From: Sedimentisphaerales bacterium
GTDB lineage: Bacteria; Planctomycetota; Phycisphaerae; Sedimentisphaerales; SM23-30
Reading direction: 5' to 3'
Assembly (NCBI GenBank): GCA_963663805.2
Contig: CAXXMR010000012.1
Span: 192,001 to 256,000, forward strand
DNA: 64,000 nt
Shown: in pieces, positions 9,653-21,516 of the stretch
Layout of the letters: each line of letters begins with the position of its first letter
Position numbering within the stretch: position 1 is the first letter of the stretch
Program-made: the position numbers and the translations under genes
Notes under the pieces: model-generated
What the model saw: only the letters and a program-made list of their open reading frames with translations
The model's database searches: none
What the model was told of the DNA's origin: nothing

Positions 9653-11531
9653 ATTTCATTTCCTTACCCGAACTGGTTTTCCTGACCACAGGTTCCATGT
9701 TCGGCTGGGCGATTATCTTCTGGGGCTCCAGTTGCTTGAGAACCCATTGGGCGCTGAGTCGATGTGGCGGTCGACCGTCAGTCAGCATCTTATCCAGTGC
9801 CTGCCGGACCGATTCGACTTTCCATTCCAACAGAGTTTTAATTGCGTTAGCCCGTACCCGATTATTCGAGCTGTTGGTCATCTTCTCAATAATTTCCGAT
9901 TGGCCCTGAGCGTTGCGTTCTTCCAAAGCCTCCACAGCGTTAGCCTGAACACGGGTATCACGATCATTCAATGCTTCCATCAGACATTGCTCGGTCCGTA
10001 TCTCCAGTTCACGCGACATATTCCGAACCCGACCCAAAGCCGCCACCGCGCTGCTGCGCACCATCCGGTCAGAATCATTCGCAAGCTCCATCAGAGTTTC
10101 CACGCATTCACCGTTATCTTCCAGAACTTTAACCATCTGCACTGCCCGCAAACGCTGTTCCGGATTGCCCGAATGGGCGTAACTACGCCAGCAGTTATAT
10201 GCGTCCGGGTCAATCTTGAAGACCGCCTGACCAGTAGTTTTCTGCTGTTTCGGAGCCATCCGCTCAAACTTCTTCCAGTATTGTTCAAAAGCCACCGAAC
10301 GGAACCGGCTCCGCCCCAGCTCCTGTACCGCTTCGTGCGGACTGGTCAGTAATTTCGATAGAACCGACGACGGCACCTGAGAGGCATTGTTGTTAAGTAT
10401 CTTGCCCGCCGCCAGCGCGATGGTGGGATGAGACGATTGCAATGCCCGCATCAAGACCCCCACACTCGCCTGAACCGGTAAATCTTTCACTAGACGCAGC
10501 ACCCGTCCAGCGACCTGAGCGTCCTTTGTATCAATTATTTGTTCCAGATAACCGCAAACCTGCTCAGCCCCCGCCGACATGTTGCCAATCAGCTCCAGAA
10601 TCTCCCCCAATTCATCCTTAGTCAACCCCTTTGTCGGCATTATCGCATGGTTAAGCCATTGCGGATGACGAACCATCCGCAGACCCTTGCAAATCGCTTC
10701 ATTGTGATTACGTTCAAATTCCTCCGCCACAGCGATAATAAAGCCCGGCCGAGTATGCTTATTAATACTATGGGCCGCCGATGAACGCAGATGGATATGA
10801 CCCAACGCCGAAATACAAAACTTAGCCGCCGCCGGTTCACTGCAGGAACGTACAAGTTCCTGAACCGCCGCACCCGAAGGGGTGTAATTATGCAGAGTCT
10901 CACCCCAGAATTCCTCATCGTCGGCTGGAACAACATACATCGCCGCCAATAACGCTTCCGGTCGACGATGAATATTATAATTCCGCACCCCCCGACTCAA
11001 CGCTGAACGAAAGTTCACGCGAATCTCATCGGTATTCGCCGGAGCAAAATCACTGTCAATCAGTATAGCTTTTTCCGCCTCATCCGAACTCGTCGCCGTC
11101 CGCGGTGCCGCAAAATGATTTTTCGCAATCTGCTCAGCCATACTCAACAAAACATTGCCCGCTCGCTGACCGATATTAGCTGTCCGGTCCGACAGAAGAT
11201 TAACCACAACATCCGCCAGCCGCAAATCACCGGTATATCTAATAATAGACAGGCAATTCTGACGAGCCTGATGCCCACCTCGCGCCGCCTTCCGCAAACC
11301 ACGGTGCAGACGGGTTATCTGATTTACCATCGTATCCTGCCAGGGCTTGGCATAATTATCATAATTATTGACCAGCTCAGCCGTCTCTTCCGAGCCCCGT
11401 TCCAGCAGTGTCTCAAAAATCACCGTCAGATAAGGCTCTTCAGCCCGACGCAGAGCATGTACCAACGCCTTGTCAGCCGCCGGAGTATCGCTGGCAGATA
11501 GATAGTCATAGATTGTCATTGCCTGGCTCAT
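9627..11531 (-). CDS. HEAT-repeat protein
   Basis: Repeated VRSSAVAALG / VQANAVEALE / VRANAIKTL units; start ATG 11531 with GAGG RBS (alternative 11546). Confidence 0.8.
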   Translation of the reverse strand: MSQAMTIYDYLSASDTPAADKALVHALRRAEEPYLTVIFETLLERGSEETAELVNNYDNYAKPWQDTMVNQITRLHRGLRKAARGGHQARQNCLSIIRYTGDLRLADVVVNLLSDRTANIGQRAGNVLLSMAEQIAKNHFAAPRTATSSDEAEKAILIDSDFAPANTDEIRVNFRSALSRGVRNYNIHRRPEALLAAMYVVPADDEEFWGETLHNYTPSGAAVQELVRSCSEPAAAKFCISALGHIHLRSSAAHSINKHTRPGFIIAVAEEFERNHNEAICKGLRMVRHPQWLNHAIMPTKGLTKDELGEILELIGNMSAGAEQVCGYLEQIIDTKDAQVAGRVLRLVKDLPVQASVGVLMRALQSSHPTIALAAGKILNNNASQVPSSVLSKLLTSPHEAVQELGRSRFRSVAFEQYWKKFERMAPKQQKTTGQAVFKIDPDAYNCWRSYAHSGNPEQRLRAVQMVKVLEDNGECVETLMELANDSDRMVRSSAVAALGRVRNMSRELEIRTEQCLMEALNDRDTRVQANAVEALEERNAQGQSEIIEKMTNSSNNRVRANAIKTLLEWKVESVRQALDKMLTDGRPPHRLSAQWVLKQLEPQKIIAQPNMEPVVRKTSSGKEMKYADFIASV

Positions 11532-11548
11532 ATTATACCTCGTCATAT

Positions 11549-11577
11549 ATATCGACCAGCTCCCTCATGACTCTTCA
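11549..11577 (-). promoter_or_regulatory. Possible sigma28 (FliA)-type promoter of the HEAT gene
   Basis: TGAAG-N16-GTCGATAT. Confidence 0.35.
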
Positions 11578-11693
11578 GGAAATGACCGATAACCTTTCCA
11601 TTAACCATAATTTAGTTGGGATTTCGGCAATAATTACCAATAAATCGCTATTATCAATGCTTCCCGACCGTACAAAACGCTGCGTACAATCCT

Positions 11694-11966
11694 TGTGTAT
11701 TGATTGTGGATAACTTTTCGCGGTATCGCCAAAGTATTGCAAGGTGGACTTTAATATATTTTCGATTTGGGCCTACGTAATTTATTACCCGTCAGAAAAC
11801 TATGGTTACAAATCCATTGCCCTGAATGACTAACGGTAAATCCCCAAAATTAGCCCAATTTCCTCGATTCGTTATAACAACCAGCTTATCGGGCCCAAAA
11901 ATAAACCTGTCCCCATATTTTATAGGCCCCCCGTCGGTATATTTTTTGTGGATAACTTGTCAAAAA
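11694..11966. promoter_or_regulatory. DnaA-box cluster in an AT-rich intergenic region
   Basis: Perfect TGTGGATAA (reverse complement of TTATCCACA) at 11705-11713 and 11947-11955, each with a degenerate box 2 nt away (TGTGTATTG, TGTCAAAAA). Confidence 0.5.
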
Positions 11967-12118
11967 CTTTTCCCTCTACTATCAGCTAACAATTTAACCT
12001 CTTGCTAATAAACTCCTTACAAAGTGCATTGCAAATAGAGCTTTTTTGATATAACTCGCTTATCAGCCAAGTTTCCCCGGCAATTTTGACGATACATTCC
12101 CTAGAGGACACAGATTTT

Positions 12119-12562
12119 ATGAGGCATATACCTATCAAAAATAAATTTGCGACAATAATGTCCTGTTTGTTAATCAGCGTTGTCTGGGCTGGCGGGTGTC
12201 AGCAGCCCAGCCACGTCTACAAGCAGCATGTTGGCCCAGCCGGGGTTGAATATGCCCGTATCAACATTGAAACACAGGATTTACAGCAGGGGATGGAAAG
12301 AATGTTTTTCCAGATTCAAAGCAGGCTAGGCCCCGTTGACTCCGAGGTTATTATCAGAGACCACCTGGAAAGTATTCGCCGGGACTTATACCATACCGGT
12401 TTCAGCAGAATCAGAAATCTATATATAAACGGAACTTATGTTGATATAGACATTTATTTCTGTGATGATATCGCCCCGGCCCGACTTACTCTCGATGCCC
12501 GTTTCGACGGCGAATATCAGCCCCGGCTTTCACAGGTAAACTGCTATTACCGCTCATTCTGA
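12119..12562 (+). CDS. Hypothetical lipoprotein
   Basis: Signal peptide ending VWAGGC; start reassigned to ATG 12119 after GAGGA. Confidence 0.6.
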   Translation: MRHIPIKNKFATIMSCLLISVVWAGGCQQPSHVYKQHVGPAGVEYARINIETQDLQQGMERMFFQIQSRLGPVDSEVIIRDHLESIRRDLYHTGFSRIRNLYINGTYVDIDIYFCDDIAPARLTLDARFDGEYQPRLSQVNCYYRSF

Positions 12563-12706
12563 GCACATAATAATTCTTTCCCAGAAACAACTTATACAAA
12601 ATCTGCTCTTTTATTTGAGATTTTGCTCCAGGTTGGATATATTGTTTCCAACGGAACACAATCCGCGAACAACATAGAATATCCCAACCGGAGTATAATA
12701 TAAGTC

Positions 12707-15700
12707 ATGGAAGATAAAGGCTTTACTCATTTACACGTACACAGTGAATACAGCCTCCTCGACGGAGCCTGCCAGGTCAAAAAGCTAGTCAAGACCGCCG
12801 GCGAACTTGGCATGACCTCACTGGCCCTCACCGACCACGGCAACATGTTCGGTGCCCTGACCTTCTATTCCGCCTGTGTCGCCGCCGGCATAAAGCCCAT
12901 CATCGGCACCGAAGCATATATCGCCCCCGGCTCTCGCAAAGACCGCGAAGCTAAAGGTATCGGCGAAGCCGCCTACCATCTCATCCTACTGGCCCAGAAC
13001 CGCACCGGCTACCACAACCTACTCAAGCTCGCCAGCAGTGCCTACCTCGAAGGGTTCTATTACCGCCCGCGCATAGACCGTGAAATTCTCAGTCAGCATT
13101 CCGAAGGTCTTATCTGTTGCTCAGCGTGTTTAGCCGGAGAACTGCCCACCTTCCTCGCCAAAGGTGAACGAGACAAAGCCGTTGAAGCCGCCCTGTATTA
13201 CAAAAAACTTTTTGGCCCCGACCGGTTTTATGTCGAAATCCAGAGTCACTGTGCCGACCAGAACGCGGTAAACCCACTTCTAATTGAGCTGGCTCACGAG
13301 CTGGACATCCCCCTGGTCGCCACCAACGACGTTCACTTCCTGCGCGAGCAGGACTACGAGGCCCACGAAGTGCTGACCTGTCTGAGCACCGGCAAGACTT
13401 TCGAGGACGATAACCGCCTGAAATACCCGCGCGGCCTGTTCCTCAAGAGTGCCCAACAGATGCGGGAGATGTTCCCAGATTGCCCCGAAGCCTGTGACAA
13501 CACCCTGAAAATCGCTGACATGTGCGACCTCAAGCTCGATTTTGGTCAGCAGCACGCCCCGGTCTACATTCCCCGGACAACAAGACCCCCGAAGAATATC
13601 TCGAAGAGCTTTGTCTCGAAGGCGTAAAAAAACGTTATGGCGAAATGACCGAAGAAATCAAAGAACGCCTCTATCGCGAACTGGACGTTATTCGCGGCAA
13701 GGACTTCTCCAGTTATTTCCTCATAGTCTGGGATTTTATGAACTATGCCCGCCGTACCGGCATTCCCTGCGGGACTCGTGGCAGTGGTGTTGGTACGCTG
13801 GTAGGTTACGTCCTGAATATCGGCAATGTTGAACCCTTGGAGTACGGCCTGCTCTTCGAACGGTTCATGGACCCCGAACGCAGCGAAATGCCTGATATCG
13901 ACGTTGACATCTGCCAGAATGGTCGCGGCGACATTATCAATTACGTAAGAAATAAATACGGCCATGTCGCCCAGATTATCACCTATGGAACCATGAAAGC
14001 ACGCGCCGTCATCCGCGATGTCAGCCGCGTTCTGAATGTCCCGCTCGGCGATGCCGATAAACTTGCCAAGCTCGTACCCGAAACGCTAAACATAAAACTC
14101 AAGGACGCCATCGAACAGGAACCCCAGATTCCTGAATGGTGCAATAAAGACCCCAAAATCGCCAAGGTTATCGAAATCGGAAAAACCCTCGAAGGAATGG
14201 CCCGACACGCTTCGGTACACGCCGCCGGTGTAGTTATCGCCGACCAGCCCCTCGACGATTTCCTGCCTCTCTACAAAGCCGCCGATTCCGACGATGTCAT
14301 TACCCAATATGACGGACCAACCTGCGACAAAGTCGGCCTGCTGAAAATGGACTTTCTGGGCTTGCGAACACTGACCACCATCGAAAGAGCACGCCAACTT
14401 GTAAAGCTCGGCAAAAATTATGACCTCGACCCCAACAACCTCGACCTTACCGACCAGAACGTGCTCAACCTTTTCGGCGAAGGACGCACCAAGGGCATGT
14501 TCCAGTTTGAGTCAGGCGGCATGCGAGACCTGCTCCAGAAAATGAAGCCCGACCGCATCGGCGATTTAATCGCCGCAAACGCTCTCTATCGCCCAGGCCC
14601 CATGGCCCTTATCCCCGACTATAACGGACGCAAGCACGGTGAATCATGGTCCCTGCCCCATCCCATTATGGAGGAGGTACTCAAAGAAACTTACGGCATT
14701 ATGATTTACCAGGAACAGGTCATGCAGATTCTCAATCGGCTCGGCGACCTGCCCTTGGCACGTGCCTACAAACTGATTAAAGCCATCAGCAAAAAGAAGC
14801 ACAGTATTATCAATGCCGAAATGGGGACCTTTATTGAAGGTTGTGTCGCCAAGGGCATCGACAAAAAGAAAGCCGAAGAGCTTTTCGAGCTTATCCAGAA
14901 ATTCGCCGGCTACGGCTTCAATAAAAGCCATTCCACTCAATATGCAATCCTGGCTTTCCAGACCGCCTTCTTCAAAACCTATTTCCCCACCGAATTCATG
15001 GCTGCCTTGCTGACTTTTGAAATGGGCTCAACCGAAAAAGTCGCCGAGTACATCGACGAATGCAAGAGCATGGACATCCAGGTTCTGCCCCCAGACGTAA
15101 ACGAAAGTTTCGCCGACTTCACCGTTATTTACGATGAATCCGTCAAAAAGAAAAAAGGCCCCTACGAACTCAAGCCCATCGAAAAAGTCCAGGGCGAACG
15201 CATCCGTTTCGGAATGGCCGCCGTCAAAGGTGTCGGCGAACGAGCCGTCGAGGAAATAATCCGCGCTCGCGAAGAAATCGGCAAGTTTGAGAGCATCTAC
15301 CAGTTGTGCCAGCATATCGATACGCGCCTAGTCAACAAAGGAGCCCTGGAAGCACTTGTCAAAGCTGGCGCCTTCGATTCGCTCGGCGGACATCGGGGCC
15401 AGACCATGGCCGCTCTGGAAGACGCCGTGAGAATCGGCAACGAACTCCAGAAAGACAAAGCCCAGGGACAAATGAGTTTCTTCGACGCTTTTGAGGAAGA
15501 CGAGGAACTCAAGGAAGAAGCCGCCAAACTCCCCGACGTTGAACCATGGCCCAAACCCCTCATGCTCCAGTACGAACGCGATGTACTCGGTCTCTATGTC
15601 ACTTCCCATCCCTTGGCAGATTATGCCCAGGACATCTACTATTACAGCACCGCCCACACCAACACCCTGACAAATCTCCGCCCCGATTCCGAAGTCATTA

Positions 15701-16223
15701 TCGGCGGCATGATTTCCCGCATGAGATATTGTGTAACCAAAAACGGCAGAGGGCAGGCTCACGCATGGCCATGTTCACGCTGGAAGATTTGAATGGAACC
15801 GTTGACGGTGTGATTTTTCCCGACGGACTAGCCCAGTTCGACCATCTCATGCAGGTCGATGGCATGGTTTTTCTTCGCGGCATAGTCGATTTCCGCCGTG
15901 AAGAGCCTTCCCTGAAAGTCAATGAGGTCTATGACATGTCACACGCCGCCGAAGAACTGACCCATGCGGTGTTTGTCCATCTCGATAGAGAGCTGACCAA
16001 CGAAAAATTGCTCAGAAATTTCCAGTCGCTTTGCGAACATCATCGCGGCAAGTGTCCCGTTTATGTCGAAATCGCCGCGCGGGGACATATGAACGTGGTT
16101 ATACAAATCGAAAAAACCGTTCGCCCCGATACCGATTTCTGCCGTCAGCTTGATGCTCTGATAGGACCCGAAAACCGTAAACTGCTAAGACCCCACGACC
16201 GAATCCAGAAAGCCACCGCCTGA
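12707..16223 (+). CDS. dnaE: DNA polymerase III alpha subunit; split by two probable -1 homopolymer errors (~13571 and ~15750)
   Basis: PHP HLHVHSEYSLLDG, ERFMDPERSEMPDIDVD, LLKMDFLGL, FAGYGFNKSH, C-terminal OB fold (MAMFTLED) spread over three overlapping ORFs. Confidence 0.95.
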
Positions 16224-16287
16224 AAAACAACCCCCGTCTTTCGTGGCGGGCTTCCGACCACCAATCCAAAAACAATCCCCCTGCAAA

Positions 16288-16312
16288 AGCCGAGCCGCGT
16301 AAGCGGCCGGAT
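16288..16312 (+). repeat. REP-like hairpin type B (AGCCGAGCCGCGTAAGCGGCCGGAT)
   Basis: Exact 25-bp reverse-complement copy at 37823-37847; variants at 26677 and 39266. Confidence 0.8.
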
Positions 16313-16358
16313 TCGACCACTCAAAACCGTTATTTACATACCCCCACCACCCGGCGGA

Positions 16359-16864
16359 CTATCCTTCAATACTCAGATTAGAACCAACTTCCTGAAGAAT
16401 ATGATTGAACCGATTGTCCGACTCTGACCATTAGGCGCCGGAATCTCGACATTATATGCCGCCGAGGCCGCCCCGCCCCGCTCTTCCTGAAGTTTCTCCA
16501 TCAGCAGCAACCACGTCTCCCGAATATGGCGAATAACCCGCAGGGCATCATCCAGCGGCTCCAGCTCCTTGGAAATATTCGCTGTCACCAGCCGGTCATA
16601 AATGAACATATACAGCGAACGCATTTTCGCGCAGGTTTCCGGAGCGATTTCATCTTTCATTGACAAAGCCAGTTCCATAATGATTTTTTCCGCTTTGGAA
16701 ATACCGTTGAAACTATCCTCAATTTTTCTCTCCAGAATAGCGCTGCGGGCCTGCTCACAAAAACGAATAGCACCATCGTAAAGCATAAGTTGGAGCTTCT
16801 CCGGCGAAGCTGTAAGAACCTTCGTCTTCAGATATTCATTGGATGTGCTGCTTTTAGCTTCCAT
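16359..16864 (-). CDS. fliS: Flagellar export chaperone FliS (probable frameshift near 16425; called ORF ends 16373)
   Basis: TASPEKLQLMLYDGAIRF, SLYMFIYDRL, IRETW; the alternative frame ends ...EVGSNLSIEG*, a more FliS-like C-terminus. Confidence 0.9.
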
Positions 16865-16899
16865 ACTATTCTCTTAAAATCACTTTTGGCCGAACCAGG

Positions 16900-19800
16900 T
16901 TAGGAGCTCGAACTGCTGGCGATGGAACTCAGCGATGACAAAGCCGATTGCTGACTTTGCATCGAGGCCAACGCACTCTCCATCGCGTAAAATTGACTGT
17001 AAAGTCTTTCTTCCTTGGCCGTAAGCCGCTCGGCCATAGTCTCAATACGAGTTTCATATAACTTCTGTCGGTCTGACATGCTGTCTAGTCTGTTCGTAAT
17101 AGTACTATCGGTTGTTCCCGCCAGGTTCTCCAATAACTCACTAATATAAGACCCCATGCTGTCGTCGCCGTCCGTAAAGAAATTACTCACGCCCTTCGGG
17201 TCATCCTCATAGGCCGCCCGAAAGTCGCTTTCCGAAAACTGGAGCTTTAGCGAACTGCCCACCGCGTAAGATTTGCCATCCACCGTTTCCATCGACAGAG
17301 GAGCATAACTGATGCCCACCGTGGACATCCGGTTGTATGACCCGCTGTTCGGCACAATATAGCTTACAATGGAACGTAAAGCCGTGCGAATGGAGTTGAT
17401 TACCGGGTCCGAGTGCAGCAAACCTCGCTCGTAAGTCGAGGTGTTAAAGCTCGTCAAATCGTCCAGCTCGTCAATGATGGTATTATAGTTCTCCACAAAA
17501 CTGGAAATCTGCGAAGTAATAGTCTCAATGTCGTTACTTACTTCAATATTGATAACCTCATCACTTGCCTTGAGTAAATCCAGAGTCACCCCTTTGACAA
17601 CATCTTCCACCCTATTGGTCGAACTGTGGATAAGCATCGGATTTTCACTGTCCGAACCGAAAAATACTATCGCGTCCTGGGCCTTGCTCAGGGTCTTGGT
17701 TGTAAAAGATGTTTTGCCGGGATCAATATAGATAGTACCGCTCTTGCCGTCAACTTCACTGTACATACTGATGCGATAGCCGCTGCCGTCATTAACAATA
17801 GTGGCGTTAATACCAATCCCGGCCTCATTTATCTGGTCAACCACATCCTGAAGATCGTCACCGCCGCCCAGATCAATCTTAAACTCAAACGAACCATCAA
17901 TATAATTATTGCTGCCCGTGCTTGCCCCCGCAATATTCAAATCAGATGCCGTCGTCGAACCAGTCGCGTCCGCAACCTTGATCGCCAAATTACCTTCGCT
18001 GATGTCATCATACAGCAGCAAACCGTCACCCGTGTCATTTATCCGCGCCCGAATATTTGTGCCCGCGGTGTTTATCTCGTCAATCACATCTTCGATAGTC
18101 GAAATGTTAGTCTGGGCCAGATTGATGGTCTGGGTCTCGCCGTCCCGGTCGGTAATGGTGAACTTGCCGCGAAAGACTCCCTCGCCGTGGTTAAGTTCGT
18201 CAAGGTCCATCGATTCCGAAAAATATTGCAATTGCAGATTGCCACTGTTCACCGAAGTAACATTACCGTTTGCCGCGATACCCAGTTGAGCCGCCAGGGT
18301 CCCGCTGCTGTCTTCAACAACCAGCCCGCTCGACCCCGTTGATGAATCCGTAAGCTGTAAACCGTTACCCACCGAATTATAACCCGCTGTAATATTTGTC
18401 CCCGACGAATTAATCGCGTCAATTACATCCTGTACCGTAAGAGCACCCGTCAAATCAACCTCAGCCTCATTGCCGTCATTGTCCAACAGATGAATGATTC
18501 CACCTTCGGTAATCGCGCTCGCCGAATCCCGCCCGCCGTTCAGCGAACTCAGCATAACGGTATTAAGCCCCGCGATAAGCCTGCCCCCGTCCCCATTTTC
18601 GTCAATATCCAGCAGTCCCAAATCTGCCGCCAGCCGACTTACTTCGCCTTTGGCGTTTTCACCCGCCGTAACTGTAACTGCCGTTGCCGTACTGCCCGGC
18701 ACAGGCCGAATACCTGTCGCCGTTACATTAAGACCCGTGCCCGCGTCATTGACAGAAACCTCAACAATCCCGTCATTCTCCCAGTGATTGTTGATCGCGT
18801 TCATCACATCGCCGAGAGTCTCCATGTGCCAGACTTTTTCGCCAAAAATATTTGTGCCGGTCGTATCACCCACAATACCCAAATCATTAGCGGCGTAACC
18901 ACCGTCCAGATCTTCAATAATAAAATTACTCCTGGACTTGCCATCCTCATCCGCTCCAACCATCTCACTGTTATCTGTAACGGTAAGGTTGTCGTCACCA
19001 TTAAAACTTAACGTAATATCCATACCGTGGTCAGCAGCCGTAGTCTCCACCAGGTATTTCAGCTCACCCAGAGTCTCCACACCGGTTGTATCAATGTCAA
19101 CCGAAAGACCGTTCTGGTCCGTAATCCGGAATTGGCCTTCACGTACCCCCGCACCACGATTCAAAGATTGCAGTGTTGTGCTGCGCGCCCGGTCATTGTT
19201 TGTGTCTTCGCTGTCGTTGCCGACCTGAACACCGTACATCGTCGTCCGCAAATCAACTTCCAGAGTCTCGCCGCCCGCACTGAATATCAGGTCAGCCGCC
19301 CCGCCGTGCGAGTCCAGATCACGAACACCGTTACCATCATTCAATGCCCTCAGCAGCGTATTCGAACTGACCGAAAAGATGTCATTGCCCGCGTAACGAT
19401 TATTACCCAGACTTGTCAGAGACGAAAGACCCAGACTATCAGCCGTATCGGATGCCTCAACTTTCATCTCAGATGCCCCCCCCGCCGTGTCCGTCAAAAC
19501 CAGATGGTCGCCCGAAACACTCGCCGTTACATCAATTGTCCGGTCTTTGTTTATCGCGTCCAGAACATCCTGCATCGTCAACGCCATCGTCAAATCAATG
19601 TCAGATGTATTACCCTCCGAGTCGGTTATCGTAAGTTTACCACGCGTAATACCCTGCTGGCCGTTAATGAAATCTAAATCTGTCGTACGCTTCAGCTGGC
19701 CCTGGCCAATCTCAAAACTGATTGTGCCATTGCCGATAGGGGATTCCACGCTGGAAAACGACGACGTCACCAGTTGATGGTTCGACGCCAGCCGCTTGAC

Positions 19801-20097
19801 AATGAAATCGTAAGACCCTGCCGTGGCATACTGAGTCGCCGAAGCCGTCAGCAAGGTCTCATCGCTGCTGCTAACAGCCTTCTTATTGAATATCGCTTCC
19901 TTGTCAAAATTTATCGCGCTTACCTGAAGAGCGACTATCTTCGCCTGAAGCTCTGTCAATGCCGCCTGCTGATTGGTCAGAATCTCAGCACGAGACTCGA
20001 TCTGCTCCTTGCCAGCAGACTCAATCGCCATCAACTGAGTCACGATACTCTCTATGTCCATCCCGGATATTAACCCGGTTCCTGAGGTAATTGTCAT
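16900..20097 (-). CDS. fliD: Flagellar filament cap protein FliD, very large (1065 aa)
   Basis: N-terminal GLISGMDIESIVTQLMAIE; C-terminal AQDA...SSTN...GVTLDL, FVENYN, RLYSQFYAMESAL; upstream of fliS. Confidence 0.92.
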   Translation of the reverse strand: MTITSGTGLISGMDIESIVTQLMAIESAGKEQIESRAEILTNQQAALTELQAKIVALQVSAINFDKEAIFNKKAVSSSDETLLTASATQYATAGSYDFIVKRLASNHQLVTSSFSSVESPIGNGTISFEIGQGQLKRTTDLDFINGQQGITRGKLTITDSEGNTSDIDLTMALTMQDVLDAINKDRTIDVTASVSGDHLVLTDTAGGASEMKVEASDTADSLGLSSLTSLGNNRYAGNDIFSVSSNTLLRALNDGNGVRDLDSHGGAADLIFSAGGETLEVDLRTTMYGVQVGNDSEDTNNDRARSTTLQSLNRGAGVREGQFRITDQNGLSVDIDTTGVETLGELKYLVETTAADHGMDITLSFNGDDNLTVTDNSEMVGADEDGKSRSNFIIEDLDGGYAANDLGIVGDTTGTNIFGEKVWHMETLGDVMNAINNHWENDGIVEVSVNDAGTGLNVTATGIRPVPGSTATAVTVTAGENAKGEVSRLAADLGLLDIDENGDGGRLIAGLNTVMLSSLNGGRDSASAITEGGIIHLLDNDGNEAEVDLTGALTVQDVIDAINSSGTNITAGYNSVGNGLQLTDSSTGSSGLVVEDSSGTLAAQLGIAANGNVTSVNSGNLQLQYFSESMDLDELNHGEGVFRGKFTITDRDGETQTINLAQTNISTIEDVIDEINTAGTNIRARINDTGDGLLLYDDISEGNLAIKVADATGSTTASDLNIAGASTGSNNYIDGSFEFKIDLGGGDDLQDVVDQINEAGIGINATIVNDGSGYRISMYSEVDGKSGTIYIDPGKTSFTTKTLSKAQDAIVFFGSDSENPMLIHSSTNRVEDVVKGVTLDLLKASDEVINIEVSNDIETITSQISSFVENYNTIIDELDDLTSFNTSTYERGLLHSDPVINSIRTALRSIVSYIVPNSGSYNRMSTVGISYAPLSMETVDGKSYAVGSSLKLQFSESDFRAAYEDDPKGVSNFFTDGDDSMGSYISELLENLAGTTDSTITNRLDSMSDRQKLYETRIETMAERLTAKEERLYSQFYAMESALASMQSQQSALSSLSSIASSSSS

Positions 20098-20174
20098 TTC
20101 GGTTCTCCCTGTCGGGATTGTTATGCCGGTTCCACCAACAAAAAATCAGGCGCGCACATCGCCGCCTATCACAA

Positions 20175-20202
20175 TTATCGGTCGTTCAGTAATCCCACTT
20201 GA
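20175..20202 (-). promoter_or_regulatory. sigma28 (FliA)-type promoter of fliD-fliS
   Basis: TCAA-N16-ACCGATAA versus consensus TAAA-N15/16-GCCGATAA. Confidence 0.6.
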
Positions 20203-20466
20203 AGTATTGACCAGATGACCGACCAGTTTATTAACTATATCTAAAAAATTTAGGTGGGCCCAATTTGGGGCTGGACTTTAACCTGAATTATTTCAATGAC
20301 TTATACCGAAATAAAGAAGGTGAAGCTCCAGCCCTAAAAATCAGAATTTTCAGACTTTTTTGAGGCCAAAGTCCGCAAATTGTCCAGAATTTATATGCCA
20401 GATTGGACCGCCTGATTATAACCGCTAAAATAGATAAGACCTTACAAATACGAAAGAGAGCAAATA

Positions 20467-21516
20467 ATGGACGCTGTAGAAACCTTTTTCGATAATATCT
20501 GGCAGGTTTTAAGGGAGCTTTCACCCTGGCTGCTGCTGGGCCTGACCATTGCCGGCGTACTCCACGTCATTTTGCCCCCGGATTTCATCCGCCGTCACCT
20601 GGGTGGACGAGGTTTCATAAATGTCTTCAAGGCTGTTTCGGTGGGCATACCAATGCCGCTCTGCTCCTGCGGCGTAATACCAGCCGCTTTGGGGCTCAAG
20701 AAAGACGGGGCATCCAACGGGGCCGCCCTGGGCTTTCTTATCAGCACTCCCCAGACCGGTGTAGATTCCATTCTCGTTAGTGCCGGGTTCCTCGGTTGGC
20801 CCTTTGCCCTCTTCAAAGTCATCGCCGCCTTGGTCAGCGGAATGGTAGGCGGGCTGCTCGTCAACGCTTCAGAATCCCAAACCGCCGACCATCAGCCGGC
20901 AAACCCCACATGTCCCCATTGCCAAAAAAGTCAGCCTCAAAATGCAACTCAACCCCAAAGAAAATGGTCCGAAATATGGTCTTTCAGTTTCGGTATGTTG
21001 TTCCGTGACATTTACGCCTGGTTGACCATAGGCGTTTTACTAGCCGCCGCCATCAAAACTTTCATACCCGAAGGCTATCTCGCTCAGATTACCTGGATAC
21101 AAGGTTTCATCGGAATGCTTCTAATGCTGGCCCTGGCCCTGCCCATGTATATCTGCTCAACTTCGTCTGTCCCTCTGGCCGCCGCTCTGGTCAGCGCCGG
21201 TTTTTCACCCGGAGCTGCCCTGGTACTCCTGATGGCAGGCCCCACCACCAACGCCGCCACCGTCGGCATGGTCCACCGAACTTTCGGCCTGAAAACCACC
21301 GCGATTTATCTAACCACCGTCGCCGCGATGAGCATTGTCGCCGGAACTCTTTTTGACAGCATCATCAACGCGACCCCAATGGCACATACAAAAATGATGC
21401 ACCTGCCCAACTCCCTCCAAACCGCCGCCGCCGCGATCGTAACCGCCCTAACCCTTTTCTACGCCGCAAAAAACTTGGCCCTCAAAAAAACATATCAGAG
21501 CCGCGCACGTAAGTAA
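20467..21516 (+). CDS. DUF318/ArsP-like (SO_0444-type) metal permease
   Basis: PLCSCGVIP, STPQTGVDS, PMYICSTSSVP, LMAGPTTN. Confidence 0.85.
   Translation: MDAVETFFDNIWQVLRELSPWLLLGLTIAGVLHVILPPDFIRRHLGGRGFINVFKAVSVGIPMPLCSCGVIPAALGLKKDGASNGAALGFLISTPQTGVDSILVSAGFLGWPFALFKVIAALVSGMVGGLLVNASESQTADHQPANPTCPHCQKSQPQNATQPQRKWSEIWSFSFGMLFRDIYAWLTIGVLLAAAIKTFIPEGYLAQITWIQGFIGMLLMLALALPMYICSTSSVPLAAALVSAGFSPGAALVLLMAGPTTNAATVGMVHRTFGLKTTAIYLTTVAAMSIVAGTLFDSIINATPMAHTKMMHLPNSLQTAAAAIVTALTLFYAAKNLALKKTYQSRARK

Noticed and set aside
12707..16223. Naturally split dnaE, intein or programmed frameshift
   Set aside because: No intein motifs; both breaks are repaired by one base in short homopolymers, like other errors in the window.
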